Shown here: positions 1-8,288 of the stretch, one piece after another
Layout of the letters: every line of letters begins with the position of its first letter
How positions within the stretch are numbered: the first letter of the stretch is position 1
Assembly: GCA_964393065.1 (NCBI GenBank)
Contig: CAYMRY010000001.1
Coordinates: 1-51,072 of the forward strand
Direction: 5' to 3'
Origin: an uncultured Candidatus Saccharibacteria bacterium
GTDB taxonomy: Bacteria; Patescibacteriota; Minisyncoccia; Phycocordibacterales; UBA2100
Length of the DNA: 51,072 nt
The notes under the pieces: model-generated
Database searches by the model: none
Seen by the model: only the letters and a program-made list of their open reading frames with translations
What the model was told of the DNA's origin: nothing
Translations under genes and position numbers: made by a program

Positions 1-78
1 GTGAGCCTATCATATTAAAGAAATAGAAATAGGCGGCGGTCATTCGACCGCCGCCGTTCGTAGTGTAAGGAATAGCGC

Positions 79-1467
79 TCAGTAACGCTTCCCTTCGATA
101 AACACTGCTTCAACTGTTCCAGGGAGCGTTTCCCCTTCGAGCGGTGACCAGCCAACTTTCGATTTCAGATTCGGGCGTTCAATGACCGTCGGCTTATTCG
201 TGTTGAGTACCGTGAGTGATCCCATGAAGCCTTCCGCAACTTCGCCGAACCCCTTACCAAAATTGCGACCGGGGAACTGAGCAGGGAGAAAACGATTGAC
301 GAAATTTCCCGGGTTGAATGCAGCCACTCTTGCGATGTCTTCTGGCATAAAGGCATGTTCCTTCATGAGCCATACGCAGATAGGACCGTAGGTATCAAGC
401 CACGGTGCTCCACTGTGATTGTTGCGGCAGCAAATGTCGTGGAAAAGTTCGACGTTGTTGCCGCGGATGATTTCCGCAATTTCCCTATTCGATTTTCCTG
501 GAAATTGACGGGAAAACGACGCGAAGGCCGAGAACTTTTCTTCTTCAGTATGCGGCGCATGATCGGTCGCAAGATACTGGATGAATCCGGTTTTAAGGCC
601 GTAGAGTAGCTGATGTTTATGTGCGAGGCCTTGGATCGCGGGATTCATCTGAATCGTAGTCCAGAGCGACGGATCTTTGTCGGTCATCGAAGTATCGAAC
701 CATAGATGCAAGGGCGAGACTTCGAGTTCGATTTCGCAGCCGCGTGCGCGGTACTCCTCGATGAGCGAGAAGCTATCGCCACCCACAGACCAGTGGCAAA
801 GCTTTGCTTTAATGCGGTATTTCTCGATAAGTGGGAGCAAGAGCCGCAGCCCTTCGTACACGCACTCGACTGGCCGGCGGTCGCTATGTGTCTTGCCGTC
901 TGCGTGCATGATGACGATCGGTTCGTACTCAACATGCAACGACACGTACTCGCCGCGATAGTGCGATAAGATCGTATCGAGCTCGGATGCAAAAATGACA
1001 CTGAGCGGACCGACAGACTTTCCAAAGTAACACTTATACGGATACTCTCCGGTATTTCCGAGCGGCCGGCTTGAGCCATCAATCCCGATGTAATTGAGGA
1101 TCACAACCGGGTGGTTCAGTTCTCGTACTCTATTGCGATGCCAATGAAATTGCTGACCTCCCGTAATCGGTTCCGGAGTATTCGGCATGGCTGATGCGTG
1201 TACGACGCCGCCGTTAAGTGCGGCATCAGCACCCGTCGTATAGTCTTCTTTGTAATTCTGTTTGCCGGTGTTGTCTTCGCGGAAGTGATCGTGCACGTCG
1301 CCGAGCCCGGCAAAAATGATGCAATCTGCCCCGAACACGTGAGACGCTTGCAGGTTTTCGCCTCGTTCGACGAGTGTAATGAACCCGCTATTGTCGTCGA
1401 TCGTAATCCGACCCCAGAAGACCGGTTCGCTATGACGTGCGATACGACCTGCAATGGTGATAGGCAT
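79..1467 (-). CDS. pyrC: dihydroorotase-like cyclic amidohydrolase
   Basis: 462-aa ORF. Metal-ligand signatures DVHDHFRE (N-terminal) and ATDHAPH (C-terminal) are typical of dihydroorotase. Lies immediately downstream of pyrD on the same strand. Confidence 0.7.
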   Translation of the reverse strand: MPITIAGRIARHSEPVFWGRITIDDNSGFITLVERGENLQASHVFGADCIIFAGLGDVHDHFREDNTGKQNYKEDYTTGADAALNGGVVHASAMPNTPEPITGGQQFHWHRNRVRELNHPVVILNYIGIDGSSRPLGNTGEYPYKCYFGKSVGPLSVIFASELDTILSHYRGEYVSLHVEYEPIVIMHADGKTHSDRRPVECVYEGLRLLLPLIEKYRIKAKLCHWSVGGDSFSLIEEYRARGCEIELEVSPLHLWFDTSMTDKDPSLWTTIQMNPAIQGLAHKHQLLYGLKTGFIQYLATDHAPHTEEEKFSAFASFSRQFPGKSNREIAEIIRGNNVELFHDICCRNNHSGAPWLDTYGPICVWLMKEHAFMPEDIARVAAFNPGNFVNRFLPAQFPGRNFGKGFGEVAEGFMGSLTVLNTNKPTVIERPNLKSKVGWSPLEGETLPGTVEAVFIEGKRY

Positions 1468-1550
1468 CGTGATTCTCCATAGATGCTTGTGTGTATGTGA
1501 AGGACCTAGGCGTCCGATCGGAGCGTATCAAAGAGGATCCATAAAGGAAA

Positions 1551-1575
1551 GCGGCGGGGCCAAAGGCCCCGCCGC
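1551..1575 (-). terminator. GC-rich hairpin between pyrD and pyrC (terminator or attenuator)
   Basis: Perfect 11-bp stem gcggcggggcc / ggccccgccgc with aaa loop. On the minus strand it is followed by tttcctttat. Confidence 0.35.
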
Positions 1576-1599
1576 AGCAATTTTCATTACTCAACCTCT

Positions 1600-2670
1600 C
1601 TACATACGATTCAATCCGCGTACGAGGCGCGAGGGAAACAGTGGTCCCTGGTACACAAAGGCCGTGTACACCTGAATCAAGTCAACGCCGACTTTTTCCA
1701 AAAGAAGCTTTGCCTGATCAGCGCTCGAAATTCCTCCGACGGCAATGATCGGCAGCCGAGGCATTTGCAACTTAGAATGCGCAGCGAGTGCTTTCATTCT
1801 GCTGAAGAGTTCAGGCCCGCTAAATCCACCCTGACGACGAGCGTCGGAAATCGAAAGAAAGGGCGGCCGGTTGATCGTCGTGTTTCCGATGATGATTCCT
1901 GAAGCTTTCGCAGCCACTATGACAGTCAAGATGTTTTCCAGATCAGATATTGAGATATCCGGAGCAATTTTAACGACATACGGTTTGCGTCTTTCTTCAC
2001 CATGCTGCGCTCGAAGTTCTTCAAGTGCTGTGGTGCACGTGTTAAGCAAGCTTTGAAGTGGCTTATACGCCTGAAGATCGCGAAGACCCGGCGTATTCGG
2101 TGAGCTTATGTTGATCGTGAAGTAACGTGCGATCGGATAGAGAACCCGCATGCTCGCAACAAAATCCTCCTCCATCTTTTCTACCGGCGTCGTTTTGTTT
2201 GCACCCACATTAACGCCAATAGGAATCTGCGGCGATCCATATTTTTGAATATTCGCACGTACACGCTCTGCGCCCACACTATTGAAGCCCATAGCATTGA
2301 TGAGCGACTGATGTTCAGTAATCCTGAACAAACGTGGACGAGGATTTCCTGGTTGAGGTTGCGGAGGGACAGTGCCCACCTCGCCAAAACCAAAGCCGAG
2401 TGCTTCGAGACCGAGAAGCGACGTTCCTTGTTTGTCGATTCCAGCCGCGAATCCGATTGGATTCTTAAACTTGATTCCGAATACTTCCCGCTCGAGACTC
2501 GGAGTGTGCGTGATGATCGTGAGTAGACTCCGAACCGGTTCGTGACGAGCAAAGCAAAGGGCCCTTAATGCAAGTTCGTGCGCTTTTTCTGCGTCGCGTT
2601 GCGAAAGAGCGAAAAGGATTGGTCGTATGAGGCGTAGATACACGGCACTCTCCCTAGATTTGTTGCCCAC
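1600..2670 (-). CDS. pyrD: dihydroorotate dehydrogenase (quinone), class 2
   Basis: 356-aa ORF with FKNPIGFAAGIDKQG, GFGFGEVGTV, PQPGNPRPRLFR, NAMGFNSVG and IGVNVGANK motifs typical of class 2 DHODH. Confidence 0.85.
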   Translation of the reverse strand: MGNKSRESAVYLRLIRPILFALSQRDAEKAHELALRALCFARHEPVRSLLTIITHTPSLEREVFGIKFKNPIGFAAGIDKQGTSLLGLEALGFGFGEVGTVPPQPQPGNPRPRLFRITEHQSLINAMGFNSVGAERVRANIQKYGSPQIPIGVNVGANKTTPVEKMEEDFVASMRVLYPIARYFTINISSPNTPGLRDLQAYKPLQSLLNTCTTALEELRAQHGEERRKPYVVKIAPDISISDLENILTVIVAAKASGIIIGNTTINRPPFLSISDARRQGGFSGPELFSRMKALAAHSKLQMPRLPIIAVGGISSADQAKLLLEKVGVDLIQVYTAFVYQGPLFPSRLVRGLNRM

Positions 2671-2717
2671 GGGATACTAGCATGTACGGAGGCGAGCAAC
2701 AATTTCCGCACGAAGAT

Positions 2718-2969
2718 CTAAAGCCCTTCAAGATCAAGACTTTCAAGTGTTTCGTTGTAGGTTGAGATAAACGATGGAATGGCAAACACGAGACCGAGCG
2801 CTGGAAGTACAACAAGTGCAATGGTGATAATCAGTGTCCACTGAAAATAGCGTCGCGTTTTTTCGACCGACTCAAAAATAGCATCGACTTTTTTCTCAAG
2901 GGCAAGAATTCTCTCTTCGGGCATGAGGTAAAGTATATCGCTTCGTTCAGCGAGCCGGTGTTTGCGCAA
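2718..2969 (-). CDS. small membrane protein, hypothetical
   Basis: 83-aa ORF with one clear hydrophobic helix (WTLIITIALVVLPALGLVFAIPSF). Start uncertain (alternative internal Met at MPEERIL). Confidence 0.35.
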   Translation of the reverse strand: MRKHRLAERSDILYLMPEERILALEKKVDAIFESVEKTRRYFQWTLIITIALVVLPALGLVFAIPSFISTYNETLESLDLEGL

Positions 2970-3037
2970 TTTAATATACGTTGTATGGTGATTTCGCTAG
3001 GAAAAAGTCCTGGTGCTGGACACATTGGGAATGAAAA

Positions 3038-3391
3038 ATGCGGAAAGATATGAGAAAACTGTTCACGGCGATGCTGGTGATCGGTGTCGGCGCTCTCACT
3101 TCGTCTAATGCACTTGCCGCGACCTGTGACGAATTGTGGACCGCAGAGAGCGAGTTGAGTACGCTCATGGAAGCTGTCGACAAAGGCATCGTGCAGCCTT
3201 TGGTTGCCCTTGATCGCGCGGTCGGCGGACTCGAAAAACTTCCTGATCTTAACGTTGTTGAGCGAGCCAAAATCAAAGCGAGCGTACAGAAAGCCCGTGA
3301 GCTCGGCGGAAAACCAGTACATGTGATTCTCGCGATCAGCGAGGGTCAGGAGAGCCTCGCGAAGGAGCTCGTCGCTCGTAAGTGCGAGTGA
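3038..3391 (+). CDS. small secreted protein, hypothetical
   Basis: 117-aa ORF with a signal-peptide-like N-terminus (KLFTAMLVIGVGALTSSNALA), followed by a strong hairpin terminator. Confidence 0.45.
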   Translation: MRKDMRKLFTAMLVIGVGALTSSNALAATCDELWTAESELSTLMEAVDKGIVQPLVALDRAVGGLEKLPDLNVVERAKIKASVQKARELGGKPVHVILAISEGQESLAKELVARKCE

Positions 3392-3405
3392 CACTGATTG
3401 CACAA

Positions 3406-3432
3406 AGCGCCCGGACATCACGTCCGGGCGCT
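3406..3432. terminator. bidirectional hairpin between convergent genes
   Basis: Stem agcgcccggac / gtccgggcgct with a 5-nt loop, between the stops of 3038..3391(+) and 3445..4464(-). Confidence 0.5.
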
Positions 3433-3444
3433 CATTTAATTGAC

Positions 3445-4464
3445 TTATTGTACCGTGACCGTCGCTACCTGCTCCCAATCTGAAACTGCCGCATCGGTAG
3501 GCCCTGGATGCCAGCTCCAAACATGTATCGTATAGGTACCTGCCTTCGTATACGTATGGGTCTGAACGGCCGAAGTACAGCTCTTACCTCTATTCGCATC
3601 AGAGTATTGTGGTTCCATGACGCCTTCTCCCCAATCAACCGAAAGGCCGTTTCCGCTCGGTCCGTAGAAACCCTGCGAATAGATACATTGAGCAAGCTTA
3701 CTTGCAATCTCAGGCGCTGTAATTGTTACAGAAAGCGGCGCTTTTCCGGTTGATGGCGTCACTATCAAGTTCCCTGTATTCGGTGTGCAAGATAGAATGA
3801 TGGTGCATCCTTTTGAGTCTTTCGACGTAACGGCCGTTGTACCCGGTCCGCAAGCGCCTGCAGCAGGGCATGTTGATATGAGCGAGTCTTTTACACAGAC
3901 AGGCGCTCCGGGACAGCCGTTAATGTCAGCAGTGCCAGTCTCAAGGTGTTCACCACTTACACAAAGTGGTCGATTGTAAATTGGGCACGAAGCGAACTGG
4001 TTTGGAACATAGGTGACTGGCTCAGGGGTGACGGGTCTCTCGCATACTCTCGCTATTGCCGCGCGCGTGCGAATACCAACGACACCATACCCACCACCCT
4101 CCGTGTCACCCGCGACGAAAATACCTTGTGCTATTTGAAATTTTTGAACTGCTTTTTCGGTTAGTGCCCCAAAGAGTCCCGTCGCTAAATCTGAGTCGAG
4201 ATATCCATACGTAATGAGGAATTTTTGGAGCTCTTTAACGTCTTCACCTTGCATACCGCGAGACAGCGTGCGATCAATATTCGGGCAACGGGATACATCC
4301 GGGACAGTACTCGCTTGCGGTGGCACTTGCGTTTGAAGTGCGGCAAGTTGAGCTAGAAGCGATTCAATCTGCGCTTGCAGTTCGCTAATAGTAATTGCAT
4401 GAGTAAAAAGTGGAACACAAAGTAATCCCACAACTGCTGATAAAACGAATGTACGTGTATTCAT
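3445..4464 (-). CDS. secreted protein with peptidoglycan-binding-like and PKD-like domains
   Basis: 339 aa with a signal peptide. The segment GEDVKELQKFLITYGYLDSDLATGLFGALTEKAVQKFQ resembles the PG_binding_1 repeat. The C-terminal segment (GKAPLSVTITAPE ... HTYTKAGTYTIHVWS) resembles a PKD fold. Confidence 0.55.
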   Translation of the reverse strand: MNTRTFVLSAVVGLLCVPLFTHAITISELQAQIESLLAQLAALQTQVPPQASTVPDVSRCPNIDRTLSRGMQGEDVKELQKFLITYGYLDSDLATGLFGALTEKAVQKFQIAQGIFVAGDTEGGGYGVVGIRTRAAIARVCERPVTPEPVTYVPNQFASCPIYNRPLCVSGEHLETGTADINGCPGAPVCVKDSLISTCPAAGACGPGTTAVTSKDSKGCTIILSCTPNTGNLIVTPSTGKAPLSVTITAPEIASKLAQCIYSQGFYGPSGNGLSVDWGEGVMEPQYSDANRGKSCTSAVQTHTYTKAGTYTIHVWSWHPGPTDAAVSDWEQVATVTVQ

Positions 4465-4593
4465 GCATCAACTATGGCACAGGATGTGCCGGGGGCAAGT
4501 GGCGTATGGGGACACAGCAAGAGTAGCAGAATGTGTGCTTAGAGTACTAAAGTACCGCTCATGAGCATGAGACAAGTAGACTGTAGTAGGTGT

Positions 4594-4729
4594 GGGTCAC
4601 GGATATTTTTCATGCCGTCGCATTAAAAATTCCGTGACCACGGCTCGCGGTTTCGTCTGCTGACGAAACATCACTCCGCCCGTCCACAACGCGAAAGCAC
4701 CATGCGCAGGCATGGTGCTTTCGTCGTTG
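4594..4729 (-). repeat. tRNA-trailing structured element, copy Ala-B
   Basis: Read in tRNA sense: long H1 (gaaagcaccatgc / gcatggtgctttc), GGCGGAG, H2 gtttcgtc-agca-gacgaaac (plus 4650-4669), CGCGAGCC, then H3 ggtcacgga...gcgacggc...tccgtgacc (plus 4595-4639). Aligns with copy Pro-B with compensatory changes. Confidence 0.7.
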
Positions 4730-4747
4730 TGGGCCGTACCGGGATCG
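4730..4747 (-). repeat. 18-nt near-copy of the tRNA-Ala 3' end (T-loop to discriminator)
   Basis: tgggccgtaccgggatcg versus tggaccgtaccgggatcg at 4904-4921 (17 of 18 identical). No 5' half of a tRNA is present. Confidence 0.85.
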
Positions 4748-4903
4748 GCGCAGCTCACTACGTTTTCTGATCGCCTTGCAGGCTCCATAAAACTAAGTGG
4801 CTCCTGCCCTCCCTCGCCTGTCGCAGGCGACATGGCTCCGCCTTTCGATCCCGGTCGTACGCAAAGAAGTTTGCGTACTTACGGTCCAAAAAATGATATT
4901 TTT
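4748..4903 (-). repeat. tRNA-trailing structured element, divergent copy Ala-A
   Basis: In tRNA sense: ggaccgt, hairpin gtacgcaaa-cttc-tttgcgtac, accgggatcg, AAA-GGCGGAG, hairpin cgcct-gcgac-aggcg. Shares the cgaaaggcggagc motif with Pro-B, and ends at the tRNA-Ala 3' fragment. Confidence 0.55.
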
Positions 4904-4976
4904 TGGACCGTACCGGGATCGAACCGGTTGCCTCATCCATGCCATGGATGCGCTCTACCAAGTGAGCTAACGGCCC
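4904..4976 (-). tRNA. tRNA-Ala (anticodon GGC)
   Basis: 73-nt cloverleaf read by hand: acceptor GGGCCGT/ACGGTCC with G3:U70, D arm GCTC-ACTTGGTA-GAGC, anticodon arm CATCC-ATGGCAT-GGATG, T arm ACCGG-TTCGATC-CCGGT, discriminator A. CCA is not encoded. Confidence 0.9.
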
Positions 4977-5023
4977 TTCACTGCTATAGTATCAGGAACG
5001 GAAACGGTGCCAAGAAGTATGGA

Positions 5024-5824
5024 TTAGAGCGCCCGAATATCATACACAAAACCGCGTTTTGCAGTCTCTTCAAGTACGGCACGCATCACCGAAACCGTTT
5101 CTACGGGGTATTTTCCATTCGTCGTCTCATTTGAAAGCATGACAGCGTCGGCTCCTTGCATTGCCGCAAAAGCGACATCGGTTACATCCGAGCGCGCGGG
5201 TTGAGGATGTTCCAACATGGAAGGCATCATGTCAGTTGCGACGATAATAGGCTTACCGCAATCGCGTGCCTCTTGAATAAGCGCCATTTCATCAAAAGGA
5301 ATTTCAGCGAGCGGGACTTCGTTGCCAAGGTCCCCCCGCGCCACCATTATTACATCGGCAGCCGCGATAATTTCCTTAGCATGCTCAAGTGCAATTTTTC
5401 GTTCAATTTTCGCGATTATTTTAGCGCTTCCTCCCGCTTCTCGTATGAGAGAGCGAAGTTCTTCTACATCTGCGGCCTTACCCACATAGGAGAGTGCAAA
5501 ATACTCTATTTGGAGTGCAGTGCCACGAACAATATCTTCACGATCTTTTACCGTGATAACAGAGTTCGTCAGCGTATCGAAATGGTGACCACCTTTCTCC
5601 TGTACGCGAGGACCAGAAAGGTCGAACACTATCGGAATGCGCGTTGCGAGGCGCTTTGCAATGCCGCGCACTGTCTCCGTGAAGTACGCATGCTCATTCA
5701 CCGGACCCCACGAAAGGTTGAGACGAGCAACATCCATACCGTTTTCAATCATTTTTTCAAGGACTCCAGCGTCATATGAAGACGGGCCGAGTGTCGCTAC
5801 GATGGAAGGTCGTTTAAGAGGCAT
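5024..5824 (-). CDS. pyk: pyruvate kinase-like protein, A (barrel) domain only
   Basis: 266 aa. PK motifs IVATLGPSS, ARLNLSWG, DLSGPRVQ, EKGG (catalytic Lys region), MVARGDLGNEVP and VMLSNETTNGKYP are present. The lid (B) and C-terminal regulatory domains are absent. Overlaps the eno stop by 11 nt. Confidence 0.7.
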   Translation of the reverse strand: MPLKRPSIVATLGPSSYDAGVLEKMIENGMDVARLNLSWGPVNEHAYFTETVRGIAKRLATRIPIVFDLSGPRVQEKGGHHFDTLTNSVITVKDREDIVRGTALQIEYFALSYVGKAADVEELRSLIREAGGSAKIIAKIERKIALEHAKEIIAAADVIMVARGDLGNEVPLAEIPFDEMALIQEARDCGKPIIVATDMMPSMLEHPQPARSDVTDVAFAAMQGADAVMLSNETTNGKYPVETVSVMRAVLEETAKRGFVYDIRAL

Positions 5825-7025
5825 AGGCGATTTCTACGAGCCGTTCGTATTTAACTCGTCGTTCTTGTTTATGGGGAGCTCCCGCCTTGAGACCATAACA
5901 TCCAAAGGCGTAGGCAAAATCTGCAATAAAATCATCCATTGTGTCCCCGCTCCTATGACTTGCGATACAATGAATTCCTGCTTTTCGTGCCGTTTGCATG
6001 GCATGCAGTGTCTCACTCACCGTTCCTATCTGATTCGGTTTAATGATGACCGCTGAAATACTGCCTGCCTCTGCAGCACGTGCGATGCGATCGCTTTGCG
6101 TAGTGGTTAAATCATCGCCAATAATCACGGTGTCACGCATATGTTTTTGTAGTGTTGCAAACAGATCGAAATCATTCTCGGAAAAGGGATCTTCGATGTG
6201 TGTCAGGTTGTAGCGCGACTTTAACTCATAGTACACCGCAGAAAGATTTGCCGCTGTCATTTTTTCTTTTAGAATGAGGTAGCTTTCCCCGTCCCTCTCA
6301 ATCGACGACGCAGCGATATCAGCGCCCAGTGCTACCTTGCGTTCCACACCAGCCACAACCAGGGATTCATGCAAATACTGAAACGGCTCGAATACCGATT
6401 CGACAGGAGATACAATGCCTCCCTCGTCTCCTTCAGCGATGGGATGGCCGCGGCCCGCGATGCGTTCCTCGAGTGACTCGTAGACCTGCGCCGCAATGAC
6501 AAGCGCCTCGCGAGCATCATCGGTTTGGGGAATGATTTGATGTTCCTGAAACGGCGTTCCAAGCGGTGCGTGCTTTCCACCGTTAAACAGATTGATAAAA
6601 AGAAGTGGAACGTTTCGTGAAGGAAGAATATCAGCGAGAGAGCGGAGGTGCTCATAGAGCGCGCAGTCCTTTGATTTGGCCGCGGCTTTTGCCGCTGCGA
6701 TTGAAACACCGATAAGACTGTTTGCACCGAGTCGCGACTTATCGCTTGTGCCATCGAGCTCGGTTAGAATGCGGTCAATATCGGATTGTGCGCTTACGGA
6801 AACGTCGAGAAGTGCGTTTTGGATTTCTCCTTCGATCAATTCTATCGCGCGCGACACTCCCTTCCCATCGTGATCGCGGAGTTCTTTTGCCTCGTGAGAT
6901 CCTTTACTCGCGCCGCTCGGTACATCGCAGACGCCGCGCGCGGCATCGGCCGCAACCGTAACGCGCAAGGTCGGCATACCACGTGAGTCTAAGATTTCGC
7001 GCGCAGTTATGAGTGAGATTTTCAT
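5814..7025 (-). CDS. eno: enolase
   Basis: 403 aa. N-terminus ITAREILDSRGMPTLRVTV and C-terminal SHRSGDT / DFAYAFG-type motifs are typical of enolase. Confidence 0.9.
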   Translation of the reverse strand: MKISLITAREILDSRGMPTLRVTVAADAARGVCDVPSGASKGSHEAKELRDHDGKGVSRAIELIEGEIQNALLDVSVSAQSDIDRILTELDGTSDKSRLGANSLIGVSIAAAKAAAKSKDCALYEHLRSLADILPSRNVPLLFINLFNGGKHAPLGTPFQEHQIIPQTDDAREALVIAAQVYESLEERIAGRGHPIAEGDEGGIVSPVESVFEPFQYLHESLVVAGVERKVALGADIAASSIERDGESYLILKEKMTAANLSAVYYELKSRYNLTHIEDPFSENDFDLFATLQKHMRDTVIIGDDLTTTQSDRIARAAEAGSISAVIIKPNQIGTVSETLHAMQTARKAGIHCIASHRSGDTMDDFIADFAYAFGCYGLKAGAPHKQERRVKYERLVEIAYAS

Positions 7026-8287
7026 GATTCGGTGAGAAGAAGCGTAAGATCGGAGACATTACTATCGAGCGGCCCTGTTTCGATTACGTCGTTGGTGCGC
7101 AGAAAAAGAGACGTCGAATCACGATTGCGTTTATACTCATCGAGCGGCAATTTCTCCGCCTCAATCCTCGCGCGCGTTGTCGCATCGACGAGTGCGCCGG
7201 CAACACCGGCATTATCATGACCGTCAGAGGCAAACGAGGCGAACAATTGTTTGTTGCCAATTTTTTGAATTGCTTCGAGTGCTAAATAGGTGTTTCTGCC
7301 TCCTATACCGTGAATACCCTCGGGTACCACGAGGCGCGCCTCTCCGCCTAAAAGTACAACACTCTGAGGTTTTGACTCGCGCAGCATTGTCTCGATCATC
7401 ACTTCGGGAAACGCATACGGCTCACACGAAGAAAATATTGGTTCAAGCCCCATACCCCGTGCAGCGTTTGCCATTGCCTCAAGCGCGACGCTATTGGAAA
7501 CCATCATAATATTAAATACGCGCTCAAAAAGCGCTTCGTCTTTTGGTGTTTCGACAAGATCGTAGCTCCCCAAATGATATCTCTCGATAATAGCGAGCGC
7601 ATCTTCGATAGTGGACGTATCGCGATACGTGGGGCCCGAGGCAACGGTTGCAAGTGATCCTCCGGGTACATCAGAAAAAATAAGTCCAACGATGGTTGCG
7701 GGATACAGTGTTTGTACAAGCCCGCCGCCCTTAAGCGAGGAGAGGTGGCGGCGTACGATATTCAGTTCGTCGATGGTGCCACCAGAATTAAGAAACGCTT
7801 CATATAGTTTGGTGCTTTGATCACACTCACCCTGCGATGAACACAAGAGCGCACTTCCCCCACCGCCTACGATCGCAATCACCAAATCACGTTCGGAAAC
7901 GTTCGCGCCGATACGTTCAATGTGTTCGCTTGCGCGGAAATTGCGCTCTGACGGAAGCGGATGCGAACCTTGATACGTCGATACGACCGAACAGACGTGT
8001 TCGGTAAGGCCAATAACTGCGCCATCCCGCACCTTGTCGTGCAAAATTTCTTCAACAATTGCCGCCGCCTGACAGGCGATTTTGCCGCAACCAACAATAT
8101 AGACATGTTCAAATGCTGCAAGATCAAATACCTGATCCCCAATGACAAGCACTGTGTTATCCAATCGAATCCGATCGCGCAAAACCTTCTCCGTATCGAT
8201 CGACGTGTACGCGGCGCTTATGATATCGAGAGTCTTCTTACGCTCCTCTGAGCGCCCTAAGACGGCTGCGTTTTTAATGTACGGCAT
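7022..8287 (-). CDS. glycerate 2-kinase (DUF4147/MOFRL family)
   Basis: VIAIVGGGGSALL and LSSLKGGGL motifs with a MOFRL-like C-terminus. Start placed at MPYIKN (8287) so that it abuts the stop of the upstream dehydrogenase. Overlaps the eno start by 4 nt. Confidence 0.7.
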   Translation of the reverse strand: MPYIKNAAVLGRSEERKKTLDIISAAYTSIDTEKVLRDRIRLDNTVLVIGDQVFDLAAFEHVYIVGCGKIACQAAAIVEEILHDKVRDGAVIGLTEHVCSVVSTYQGSHPLPSERNFRASEHIERIGANVSERDLVIAIVGGGGSALLCSSQGECDQSTKLYEAFLNSGGTIDELNIVRRHLSSLKGGGLVQTLYPATIVGLIFSDVPGGSLATVASGPTYRDTSTIEDALAIIERYHLGSYDLVETPKDEALFERVFNIMMVSNSVALEAMANAARGMGLEPIFSSCEPYAFPEVMIETMLRESKPQSVVLLGGEARLVVPEGIHGIGGRNTYLALEAIQKIGNKQLFASFASDGHDNAGVAGALVDATTRARIEAEKLPLDEYKRNRDSTSLFLRTNDVIETGPLDSNVSDLTLLLTES

Positions 8288-8288
8288 A

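Noticed and set aside
2831-3520. A 229-aa minus-strand ORF.
   Set aside because: It overlaps three better-supported features: the end of 3445..4464, the terminator hairpin, and the signal-peptide-bearing plus-strand ORF 3038..3391. It has no recognisable motifs.
4730-4747. Possible additional tRNA genes at the repeated tRNA 3' ends (4730-4747, 13430-13454, 13476-13493, 46724-46740).
   Set aside because: Only the T-loop-to-discriminator part is present. No acceptor 5' strand, D arm or anticodon arm can be found in the appropriate upstream positions.
4594-4903. The tandem element arrays as a CRISPR array.
   Set aside because: The units are 130-160 nt, internally structured and divergent. The short conserved pieces between them are tRNA 3' ends rather than uniform 25-40-nt repeats with unique spacers. 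No cas genes are in the window.
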